From positions 44,151,741 through 44,215,740 of the forward strand of contig CM041465.1 of the NCBI GenBank assembly GCA_023213395.1: DNA of 64,000 nucleotides. The letters run 5' to 3'. Source of the stretch: Cycas panzhihuaensis (taxonomy: Eukaryota; Plantae; Cycadophyta). The translations under genes were made by a program, and so were the position numbers. This document shows, in pieces, positions 1 to 11,671 of this stretch (positions within the stretch are counted from its first letter, which is position 1; the number at the start of each line of letters is the position of its first letter). The notes beneath the pieces were generated by a model that was not told the DNA's origin, made no database searches, and was given only the letters and a program-made list of their open reading frames with translations.

Positions 1-2232
1 CATCTTTTGGTGACATAAAAGAGCACTTTGGGCGACACATATAAAGGCATGATATCTTAAGAAGATTTTAAGCTTTTAAGCTTAATATTTTGCCTTGTTT
101 TAAAGATAATTATTGGCTTCATTAAGGACTACTTCAAAGTATTTTCTCATGTATCTAATCCTCATTAGAGTATATCTTTGACTCTATTTTAAGAGGATTC
201 TTTAATGTACTATGAGAATATTTGTAAAAGGGAAATTTTAATGTACTTAGTCCTCTTTTTATAGCACTTTTAGAGGACCTTTTAATGTACTTATTCCCCT
301 TTATTGATGTATTTAAAAGGTGTTTTCAACCTTTATTTGTACTCTTATTAAGTGTAATTCACCTTGCGGTCACTGAGTGATGTGGCACTCATACTTGCGG
401 TGATTTAAAACACTTTCTCCTTAATTTCTTAATTACAGACTTCTTAAAATGTCTGTGAATTACTAGCTAAAATTTGCTAGATTCACTAAGGCAAAATGAA
501 AGTCCTATGTAATGTATCACCTTTTAGTCTTACAGAGACCTATGGGAGTTGTTGAAGGAGAGAACAAGAAGCCTAATCAGACCCAATTAAAGGCAACATG
601 GTGCGGCACAATACATCACAACATGGTGTCATACGGCATGATATGACACGACATGACATGGAAAAACGGGAACCTGGAACACTAGCATTCATCAAATTTG
701 CTAGTGGTTGATGAGTAGATTGCTCATCTTTATTTGCTTGCATATGATGCAGAATGACTCTTAATGATTAATTAGAGTCTTAATACTTACTTACTCTTGG
801 AAAATGTCAAGTCTCTTCATGTGCAGAAGTTGAAAGAGACAAGTGAATTATGTTGTTGAATTGTAGAGTATCAACCTGCATGATACTTATCATACCCTTG
901 TAAACCACAAACTCTTTCATTTGTGAGTTGGGTAGCCTACTATTGTAGCTTATTGTGTAATGGTGATGATAGTTGCAGTGTTGTAGTGTTGATGAAAACA
1001 CCTAACAATTCTATGAACAACGATGTCTTGGAAAATGACAATAGTGCATAAAATCAAGCACGATATTGTATTCCAAGATTATGACATTTGGAGAAGCAGG
1101 ACAATGAGCGTGTTTTCACGCATTGATGATCACAACTAGCATGTACTGCATGAGGATGATGAAATCTTCTTTGGAAGTTTTGTAAAGGCAACTGCAAAGG
1201 CAAATCAACGACAGGATGTGGATGACACTGAGTTCTGGTTGATCATAATCAATGACAGGATGTGCATTAACCACTTAGTTCTGGTTGAATCAATTCAACG
1301 ACAGGATGTGGATGACACTTAGTTCTGGTTGATCCAAATCAATGACAGGATGTGCATTGACCACTTGATTCTGGTTGATCTCTTGTAGTAGTTAAAGGCC
1401 GAATCAACGACAGGATGTGCATTGGCACCTAATTCTGGTTGATCTCTTGATGTGGATAGCTTATTCCACCAAGACGGTATGCAAAGCGGCGATCCTGACG
1501 TTCGAAAGCCATTTTGGGCTTAATTGACTTCTTTTGACTTCTTCAGTTGTTCTACTACAACAAGATGCCTTCCAACTATCGAAGAATTGGAGTTCCATGA
1601 CAGGTTCAAGCTTGTGGAAGATCACCATCATTCTATTCGACAGCATATGGAGCACGGCATGATTGAGTTAATGTATTGTCCCTCAAGTTGTATTCTCACT
1701 TGACTTAGGACAATGATGTTTTATGTAAGGAAATGAACTTAACATTATGGGGGGGTGTTGGAATAATGTACATTCCCATTTACATGTCCATTTAAGTTCA
1801 TTTCATGTTATTGGAATAATTGCTCACATGGAATATTCTAGATGAGAATATTCTAGTGAGAGAAGATTCCTAGTCAAAGTTCTAGAAGTCAAAGATGCTC
1901 AACTATTAATTAGTTAGTTTGAGCACACCAAAAATCATGGGAGTGGTTGAACCAACTCCTATGTTTAGACATAGTGTAAAACTATAAATATGTATTTGTA
2001 CCTTGCATATTTCTGAATGAGATTTGGAGAGTTGTGAGCCATTGTCGTATTGTCATCTCTTGTGCTTTCACATGTGCTTTATGACATGTCTCCTCCTCAT
2101 ATCCTCTCATTCCAACATAGAGTTGTGGCAAGCCGTAAGGGAAGGAAATTCTTGAGAAGGTTTTCTTTGGCAATCCTCTTGTTGAGAATGATGTGAGACC
2201 CTCTCCTCCATCCGTCTGTCTTAAGTCTAACA
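1..2232 (+). mobile_element. 3' part of a non-autonomous copia-derived LTR element (5' end outside the window); 3' LTR 1756-2232
   Basis: Weak gag-like relic ~510-760 (HLLV..GVVEGENKKP..KATW). RNase H C-terminal relic ~1575-1690 (LSKNWEFHDRFKLVEDHHHSIRQHMEHGMIELMYCPS). G-rich PPT at 1749-1755. LTR termini TGTTGGA...TCTAACA. Confidence 0.7.
1203..1447. repeat. ~45-bp tandem repeat x5 with alternating A/B variants
   Basis: Unit AATCAAYGACAGGATGTG(GATGAC|CATTRAC)...TTCTGGTTGATC. Confidence 0.9.
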
Positions 2233-3169
2233 TGACGATATAGCATTCACCTGGTGCATATTACTCTACTTGTTCCGTCATCGACCCTGCTCTGTTCAAT
2301 CATCGTCCAAGTTCTCTTCTTCATCTACACAAAGCCTACAATCTGCCATACATAAATCTGTGGCCATCAACGAAGAAGGAGAATTCCTCAACAGAGAAAT
2401 TAACAAAGACAAAACCTAATCTGAATCTCCTAAAACTGCGCAGACGATTTTTCTGTTAGGATTAATATCTTCAAAGATATGAACTAAATTAAAGCAGATT
2501 GAAATCCATTTTCATTTCCGCACAGACTTAAGATTGGATAAAGTGGATTTGATTTTTTTTACAAAATCAATTGAAGATAAATCAGATTAAAAGTTGTTTT
2601 GGATTCCGCTGATGCCAAGTAGCAATAAAGCAGATTGAATTATTTTTGCAAAGTCACTTTTGATTTAAAGCAAATTGGAATTTGTTTTGAAATTTGCTAG
2701 CCTCCTAGCAGTTAAGCCCCTGGCCTTATAGAGCTATAATATGACTAGTTGCTAATTTATTACAGGGGCTAATCTCTTATCAACCTAAATTTGTTAATCA
2801 AAAAGGGGTGTTTGTATGCTTTGCTTCATATCTTTCCATCCAAGTATCCATTTTGCAAACCGTCTGAGCCGTTGGAACTGCATTTCATAGATGGTCATTT
2901 CGGTATGTGATTTGAGGTATTTTGTTGTTGATTTGTCAGAATTATTTCAAATTGAAATGGGTGCATGAATCTTGTGTAATGTACTTGTGATCAACTCTTT
3001 CTCTCATCATGGAGTTGAAAGACATCATTGTTTTTGCAGTTGAAAGAAATGAGTATTGGGTAACAAATTTTCCTTTTCCCTTATCCAAGTACATCGGAAC
3101 AAATTTTTAATTTTGGGCAATCAAAATGCAAAGTATATTTATGGGCAAAGGGTTACAAAAAGTTATTTT

Positions 3170-4626
3170 TGTTGGAATATTAGTAATGCACATTTGTTTT
3201 GTCCCACATGCAAGTGGGTCCACTCTCACTATCATGTCATGTATTATAAATACACACATAGTGTATCATATGAAGTATCTGTTGTAAGGATGTTTTGTTA
3301 ATACAATTTGAGGTACCTTAAGGGTACCGTTCGATCCTGGAGGTGTTTGTTTCTGTTTGCGAATATTATCTTATTACAAGTTTGATTTTCCAACATGATA
3401 TCAGAGCACCCAGGTTAAGAGAGGTGTTTTTGTTCGGTATCGGAGCGGTGATTTGGGAGGTGCCATCAAGGGTTGAAAGCATATTCGAGAGAATAAACGT
3501 TGAAATTTCTAAAACGTAATGGCGAAATTGAGACGAAATGGCTTGTTCTGTAAATTTTGAGTGGTCGCACTATAGATTTTGGGGTGAAAGTGCAAAAATT
3601 GCAGTAGAATTAATTTCAGCCTTTTTTTTTTCTGTTGCCATATTTTTGGGACAGATCTGCAACCTCAACTTCAAAGAGCCATAACTTTGGTTACAGGTAT
3701 CCAAATGACCTCAATTTTTTTTTTATTCTATGCGTTTTGTAATTTACTTTCTAATGGAAGTGGTTTGAGGTTCATCAGAGTTCAGAGTGAAAAGTTATTA
3801 ACAGTTTATCAGAAGGTACTATTATAGTTCCTAGAAACCCTAATAGTGAAATTCTTAAAAGGGGCATAACTTTTGATCTAGATATCAGAATTCAATTTTG
3901 TCTGAACCGTTGGAATCGTATTTCAGATGTCATCATTTCCATCCATATTTTATGTATTTTTGAGCTATATTTTTTTCCAAAAATAAGTTTTTTGGGAATT
4001 TAAGGATTTCATATTATACTTTTCTTGGCCACAAAACTATTGCTCTTAGGGCCCAATATATCTATTGTACATATATAGTATTGGAAAAGGATGATACTTT
4101 TGGATGATGGTGTGAATGAGGTGATACTTGTGAATATTGATGATACATTTTTCATTTATTAAAAGGGTCTTCTTTTGATAATGAAGTAAGCATGAACTTG
4201 TTGAATGACGGTGATTTGTTGACAATATTTAAGGCATGGATATGGTGCTCTCTTACATGTATTTACATGAGAAAGTTTATAGGCAAGAAATGACATGATT
4301 AATGGGTGAGGTGAGGTGATTATAGGCTTTCTTATATGTAATTTACATGAAAAAATAAGTTGGGTAATGGTGCAATATGAGGTGATTGTTTAAGGCTCTC
4401 TTGTGTGTGTTGTACATGGAAGAGTACTTTTTGAGACAACATTAAGTCATGTTGATATGAATGTATTTAACATTCTATTGGTGATTTGAGATGTATGATG
4501 GCGATTGTTTAATGGTAATCTGAGTGCTTTCTTACATGTGTTCATATGAGAGAGCTAATGTGATGATGACATAGTATGGTGATGAAGTGATAGTGCATGT
4601 GTTTGCATGAATGAGTTGGATGGCAT
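3170..4626 (+). mobile_element. 5' part of a short-LTR non-coding element (LTR 3170-3395, PBS-Met), interrupted by the copia at 4627
   Basis: Perfect terminal inverted repeat TGTTGGAA...TTCCAACA (226 bp), followed directly by TGATATCAGAGC (tRNA-iMet PBS variant). No coding remnants are visible and no second LTR is in the window. Confidence 0.7.
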
Positions 4627-5479
4627 TGTTAAACCTTATGTTTAAATGTTAAGTTAATGTACTTTTATTTTTCATGTAATATATGCACCTTTTACTTTAG
4701 GGGTGACTTATCACTTAAGTGATAAAGTGCACACCCACATTCTTTCTAGTGACACAACATTGTCACTAAAGGGTCAAATGGACCCTCATGCACTTTTGCT
4801 CACATGAGAGCCCAAAAGGACACATGTCCTACATGCAAGGCATGTATCTTGGATGTTTGACACTTGTCAAACATCCAAGGCCTTAGGTCTCTCATTTCAC
4901 TCTATATAATGAGACCTCTCCTCATTGTCTCACACAAGAGTTTGAGCTGTATTGTTATGCTGTCAGTTTGCTAATCAAACTGTTCATTCTTGGGAGGTTG
5001 GACCAATTCCAACTCCACATATTGGGTATCATTTTCTCTTGCTCCTTCATTCAAGTTTTGTCTCTTTGCTTTCTCTTTGCCTTGAGTTTATTATACTTAG
5101 AACTAGAGTGATGCTAGTTTCTAGATCTAGGGACCTTGAGGCCATCTAGCCTCTTTTCACATTTGGTATCGAGCAAGAGGAGACTAGCTCCTCTGCTACA
5201 TTTTTTTGTTGCTCAAGGAGTTCTTTGAAAGTAACAAACCCTTGGTGACGACCTTCGCACTCAAGGCGATCAAGGTTTGTTTGAAAGGTTTTGCAGGATC
5301 AAGCATTTTGGAGCTTTTTTTTAAAGGTTGGAGCTGGGTTATGTTCAGTTCTTTTTGGAAAATATTATTCCATTAACTCTCTTTTCAACCCAGATTTGTC
5401 AAAATAAAATAAAAGAAGAGTCTTGTAGTCATGGATCCAGGTTTGCTCTTGTTCTAACTCACATACTCGATTGTCAAGA

Positions 5480-6100
5480 AGACTTTGTGGGCCCCACGAT
5501 CGCTATCCAAAGCAACCCCGGCCCTTTGTGGGCCCCACAGTGCGCTATCCACAGCCCAGCAGCACTTTGTGGGCCCCACAATCCGCTGTCCAGCAGCCCT
5601 TTGTGGGCCCCGATCCGTATCCTGACCAGCGGACTTTAGGCCCCACGGTCAACATCCAGCCCAGCAGCCCTTTGTGGGCCCCACAGTCCGCTGTCCAGCA
5701 GCCCTTTGTGGGCCCCACAATCCTCTGTTCTCAGCCTAGCAGCCCTTTGTGGGCCCCACACACTCAGTTTACAAGCTGTCCAGCAGCCCAACAGTCCTCT
5801 GTGGGCCCCACACACTCGATTTCAAACATCCATGAACCTTGATCCTCTGTGGGCCCCACACTCGATTTACAAAGCATCCTGTCCAGCCCGATCCTCTGTG
5901 GGCCCCACACACTCGATTTACAAGGCATCCGGGCCAAGATCCTCTGTGGGCCCACACACCTCGATTTACAAGCATCCAGCGGCCATGATCCTCTGTGGGC
6001 CCCACACACTCGATTTCAAAATCCGTGCCAAGATCTCCTGTGGGCCCCACACTCGATTTTCCATCAAAGACCCAGCAATCCTCTATGGGCCCCACACTCA
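5480..6100. repeat. Tandem array of 15 TGTGGGCCCCACA cores in two sub-arrays within the copia leader
   Basis: Cores are spaced ~34-42 bp in the first half (CAGCCCTTTGTGGGCCCCACAGTCCGCTGTCCAG) and ~45-52 bp in the second half (GATCCTCTGTGGGCCCCACACACTCGATTT). Confidence 0.95.
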
Positions 6101-7147
6101 GTCCTTAGTGTGCATATTGCAAAAAAAAATTTCAAATTTTAGCCTATGTTTTGGCTCTTAAAAGTTTTTACACTTAGTTATTGTTTGAACAAGTGTTAAT
6201 TAAGTGATTTTAAGTGTTTTTTTACAAAAAGTGATACTCATCACTAAATTTTAAAACACTTTTAAGGCACTTTGCACGGTGACCTATTGCCCTTAGTCTC
6301 AAAGAGGGCTCAAATACTTAATAAAAATCACTTTTTTTATCGTTGGGACTAATTTAAAGTCCCAACACTTGGTGCTTGATGTCATTTTTCATGCAAGTGG
6401 CTCTCTTTCCCTCATTTGTTCAACATTAAAAGGAACCCACTTGTATCTTCATCACAAGTTTTGCATTACTTCTTTCAGTACTTAAGCTTTTTTTCAAAAA
6501 GTATCTTGTAAAACTTATTGTAATCAAGCATTTGGTTTCTTACTTGGATCAACATAGCACTACATTTTCATTAAAGTGCTCATTGTAAAAACAGTACAAG
6601 TGTTCATATACATGTACTTACATTGCTTCCTCTTGAAGCCACTTTTTGTAAAGCTTAATCAAAGTATTTTCATAAGTACATTTTCCAAGCAAAAGAAACC
6701 TAAGTTCACTTTAAAATCTGCTAAAAGTGACTTAAAATCATTGGAGAGACTCGAAAAGGTTCAAACCTTGCCTCTAAATTAACCTTAAGCTTGGTGCATT
6801 CCCTAGGGGACCAACCGAATGCAGTCGGTGCACGACAATTAAGGTTGCTTGAGGAAAGGAGGTTCGAAAAGGGTGTTATTGGGGCATGAATCACGGGAAA
6901 GCACGCAGTGCGTCCATGCGGATCAACCCTACGCCTTGTCCTAGATTTAACTTGGCCAACATTTGGATCTCCTCTATAAGATCAAGTTGGACCAACTCTA
7001 TAGCCTAGTCCTCCACCCTCATCATTCCATTCGGTTGTTGGATCTTACGGTAAGATCGGGGACTTGGTCTTGTTAGAAGGTGGAACTTAAGCGGAAAACT
7101 TTGAGTTTCAAGTTATCTGCTAGCTTCAAGTGTTTATAAACTGAAAC

Positions 7148-10100
7148 ATGGCTGCCATAAACATGCTAAATGCATGCACTATTCGGTTAACAGGACAAGA
7201 TAATTATCAAGAATGGAAGAGACTCACTCAGAACTTGCTCATCATGAACGAATTTTGGAGTTATGTTTCTGGGAGATTACCTCGACCAGCACCTATTACC
7301 AATGGAAATATTACTGTGCAACCTGATGGTGCTTTGCTTGCTGCATGGGAAGCCAAAGATGAAATTGCTTTGGCATTCCTTCACATGATTGTTGATGTAC
7401 ATGTAGATCAGAATATTGCTGGTGCTATCACTTCTAAGAAAGCTTGGGACACTTTGTCCTCATTGTATGAAAGGCGAGATCAAGCTCGCATTTTAATGGT
7501 TAAAGCAAAATTGTATTCTATTAAGTTTATCAAGCCCATGTCGGCTTTTCTTTCCTCCATCAAGGAGGTATGTAATGAACTGAATACACTTGGAAGTCCA
7601 AAGAACGAGGGATGAATTGATCACATCCATCACCAAAGCCTTACTGAAAGACTACAATGGCTTTATTTCATCTACTACAAGAGATGGTTCCCTCAAAACT
7701 ATGACATTCAACGAATTTGAAAGTCTACTACTTCAAGAAGAACAAATCTACACTAAAGATAATGAGGAGGTACCATCTACATCAGGTGTATTTACGGCCA
7801 ATTCAAAGGCCAAACAGCAACCCAAACCTGCACTTTCAAAGCAGTTTGGGAACATGAACATTGGGTTTTCAAGGACCAATGTTGTATGTCACTATTGTGG
7901 CAAACCTGGCCACATCGCCCCTGAGTGTCGGAAAAAGCAAGCAGATCTACGCCAACAACAGCAGCAGCCACACCAACAATGCCAACAATAGTAGCAGCCA
8001 CACCAGCAGTACCAACAAATGGTTTCAACAAAGAATAAGAGTAAATCCCCTCGACCAAATCGAGGTGCCTATCGAGGAGGTCAAAGAGGAAGGGGGGGCT
8101 TCAGAGGTGGCAATCAACGCCACTCTAATCAGTTTGCAGATGAAAACAAACTGTTTTGTGCATATCAGACATCCAAGGTTGATGAAACTTGGATTATTGA
8201 TTCTGGAGCTTCACAACACATGACTGGAAGTGAAGAGCTCATCACCAACATCAAGGAAGGCAAAAGTCAATTAGTGACCTTTGGGAATAATCAATCTACC
8301 AAAATTTCTGGAGTAGGCACAATCACTCCATTTTTTTCCTCATCAAATCCTTCCTCCACATTTCTCGATGGCAATGCCTATTTAATACCTTCAATGGACA
8401 AAAATTTACTATCATTGCCGATTGGACAAGCAATAGATGAGTGTATTGTTCCAAAGCGGAAATGTATAATTAGTGACAAAGAAGACCAAGTAGTAGGCAT
8501 TGGCTATGAGGATCAAGGCCTCTACAAGTTGGATGCAAATAATATAACCCTTGATTCTGCTTACTCTGGTTCCATTGTCACTCCTTACTTGTCCAAGATG
8601 CAACTTTGGCATCAACGTCTAGGCCATTTGAGCTTAGACAATTTGAGGCAGATGATCAACAAGAACATGGTACATGGGCTTCCTAAGATTTATGGAACGA
8701 AATGTCTTTGCAAAGCGTGCATTATGGGAACTCAAGGCGCTTGCCTTTCCCTAAAGGCAAAGTGTGGCGTGCATCACATCCTCTGCAGCTAGTACATTCG
8801 GTTGTGTGGACCTATGTCCACATCATCTTTTGGAGGAGCTTTGTATTATATCTCCTTCATTGATGATTTTTCTCACAAAGTTTGGGTTTACTTCATCAAA
8901 CACAAATCTGAAGCATTTTCCAAGTTCAAAGAATTCAAATTTGAAGTGGAAAATGAGTCTGGCCATTCAATCAAAACATTCAGGACAGACAATGGAGGTG
9001 AATTTATATCAAATGAATTCACCCAATACTACAAGGATAACGGCATTCGGAGACAACTGACGATACCTCACACTCCTCAACAAAATGGAGTCTCGAGCGG
9101 ATGAATGTAACTTTGGCCAATAAAGCCAAAGCTATGATGCATGCACAAGGACCGACTCGAGCTTCTTGGAAGCATTTCACACAGCCTATGTGGCCAATCG
9201 CATCCCACTACAAAGCCACCAACATGACACCCGAGGAGGCATGGTGCGGCAAAAAGCCTCATCAACCATTTAAGGACTTTTGGGTGCACTGCTTATATGC
9301 ACATTCCCGATCAGCAAAGGAAGAAATTAGACAAGCATAGTCTAAAATGCATCTTTGTAGGTTATGCCATTCACAGCAAAGCCTACAAGTTGTATGATCC
9401 TATAGGGAAGAAAATGCATCTCTCAAGAGATGTCATCTTTGCTGAAGAAGATCACCAGGAGGTGCAAATTGCATCCATGCAACCTCCCATTGACAAAGGC
9501 AAGAAGATTGTTGAGGCCTTCCTTCCCTCTCAATCCTCTACACCATGTTCATCATCTACACCATATGGACCGTCTACTTCAACTGAATTTGCTCCACTTG
9601 ATCCAAGCACATCTTCTGTTGACCAACCACTTACACCAGAAGATCTTGAGGTTCAAGTAACTTCAATTCAAAAGTTACCCAAATGGTACACACAAAGCAG
9701 ATTCGGGGCGGTCACATCATCGAAGGAAAACGTCCATCTAAATATCGGCAAACCAATTATGCACTTATGGTCAAGTGCTTTGTGTTGATGAGCCTTCCAC
9801 TTTGAGGAGGCTTCTAAAAATGAAAATTGGAAGGCTGCCATGGATGAAGAAATCCATTCTATTGAAAAGAATGGTACTTGGAATTTGGTTGAATTGCCTA
9901 AACACAAGCAGGCAATCAGTTGCAAATGGGTCTACAAGACCAAATTCCATTCTGATGGTTCACTTAAAAGGCAGAAAGCACGCCTTGTCGCAAAAGGTTT
10001 TAAACAAAAAGAAGGCATGGACTACGAAGAAACTTTTGCACCAGTGGCGAACATGAATACCATCAGACTTCTCTTGGCCTTAGCTGCTCAATGCAAATGG

Positions 10101-11067
10101 CCTGTTTATCAGATGAACGTGAAGAGCGCCTTTCTTAATGGCAATCTTCAGGAGGAGGTGTATTTGGAGCAACCTCTTGGATACAAAGTACAAGGCAAGG
10201 AGCATCTTGTATATCGCCTAAAAAAGGCATTATATGGCTTGAAGCAAGCTCCAAGGGCATGGTACTCAAAGATCGATGACTACTTCTTGAGACATGGGTT
10301 TCATCGATCTACTTCAGATCCTAATCTGTAGATAAAAAATGGAAAAAACCATGTAATTTTTGTTGCCTTGTATGTAGATGACTTAGTGATCACTGGTAGT
10401 GACACTAAGATGATTCATATTCTCCAAAATGATTTGAAGAGAAGTTTTGAGATGACAGATCTTGGACTTCTCCATTATTTTTTAGGCTTTGAGATATGGC
10501 AACCGAGCTATATCTTCATCTCCCAAGCAAAATATTCTTGGGACATTTTGCGTGATTCGGGATGCACGATTGTAAAGCAGCTACACCTATGGAGAATGGA
10601 TCTAAGCTTACTCTCAATGAGGAAGCCGCACAGATCCCACACTTTCTGCAGCTGATTGGGAGTCTCATTTATCTCACCAACACTCGGCGGATATTTCATT
10701 CTTTGTTGGGATTTGCTCACGTTACATGTCTCAACCCAATCGGATACCTTTGGAATGCGATAACGCATACTTAAGCACATCAAAGGCACATTACTGAGAT
10801 GGCCTTGAGTATGCACATAATGAGAACTTCACTCTGGAAGGGTTCTCAGATTCTGATTGGGCAGGTTGCCAAGATAGCAGGAGATCAACCTCGGGATACT
10901 GTTTTTCCCTTGGTTCAGCAGTTGTTTCGTGGAGTTGTAAGAAGCAACCCAATGTTACCTTGTCCCCCACCGAAGCAGAGTACAAAGCTGCAGTCAACGC
11001 AGCTTGTGAGGCTATCTGGCTACGACGGATTCTTGGGGAACTTGGACTTGAGCAGGTTCACCCCACC
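7148..11067 (+). pseudogene. Copia gag-pol, frameshifted
   Basis: Gag (NYQEW, KAWDTL), CCHC knuckle CHYCGKPGHIAPEC, protease WIIDSGAS, LWHQRLGH, integrase RTDNGGEF/PQQNG, RT KARLVAKGF and YVDD, RNase H FSDSDWAG...SWSCKKQ. Confidence 0.92.
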
Positions 11068-11068
11068 A

Positions 11069-11671
11069 GGCATTCTCTTTCAATTCAGTCTTTTTCCAAC
11101 AGATTTTTCTTGAATCCGTCTTAACCCCTTCTTTAGAAATGTTGTGCCCCAAATATTCTACTTCTTCTGCTCAAAATTTGCACTTTGCCTTGTTAGCAAA
11201 GACACTTGTACAACTTGCCTAACATGTTGTAAGCGCTCAGCCACGTTTTACTATAAATTAGAATATCATCAAAAAAGACTACGACAATATTTCAAAGATA
11301 GGGATGAAGTACTTTGTTCATGGTAGCCAAAAAGGTTGTTGGCGCATTTGTTTGTCCAAACAGCATGATCTTGAATTCATAGTGATCCTCATGAGTGCAA
11401 AAAGTTGTTTTTATTGTATCTTAGCCTTGATACAAATTTGACAATAGCCAAATCTTAGATCAATTTTTGTAAAGAACTAGGCGCCATGTAATTCATCCAT
11501 GAGGTCATCAATTTGTGGGATCAAAAACTTATGCTTAATGGTAGCCTTATTGAATGGTCTATAATCTACACACATTCTATAAAACCCATCTTTCTTAAGA
11601 ACTAGAATGACTAGTGCCACAAAAGGACTTTTATTGGATACGATTGCTCCCTAGTTCAACAACTTATGACT
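11069..11671 (-). pseudogene. Ty3/gypsy reverse transcriptase fragment
   Basis: Minus-strand translation [61 protein letters not shown], and later EYLGHNISKEGV. Confidence 0.88.

Larger units (their letters stand above)
4627..11067 (+). mobile_element. Ty1/copia retrotransposon, 3'-truncated in RNase H; 5' LTR ~4627-5161, ~2-kb leader
   Basis: LTR TGTTAAA...TTTCACA, PBS TGGTATC-GAGC at 5164. Domain order is gag, PR, IN, RT, RH. Confidence 0.93.

Noticed and set aside
3170-3395. Cassandra (5S-containing) TRIM or hammerhead retrozyme among the short-LTR elements
   Set aside because: No 5S A/C boxes or CTGANGA...GAAA hammerhead core seen by eye in these LTRs. An Infernal search would be decisive.
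5480-6100. CRISPR-like palindromic repeat-spacer array
   Set aside because: Eukaryotic TE context, spacers are homologous to each other, the core is only 13 bp, and there are no cas genes.
5328-6161. Overlapping ORFs with LWAP/VGPT/CGPH repeats
   Set aside because: Open frames are a by-product of the GC-rich tandem repeat and occur on both strands.
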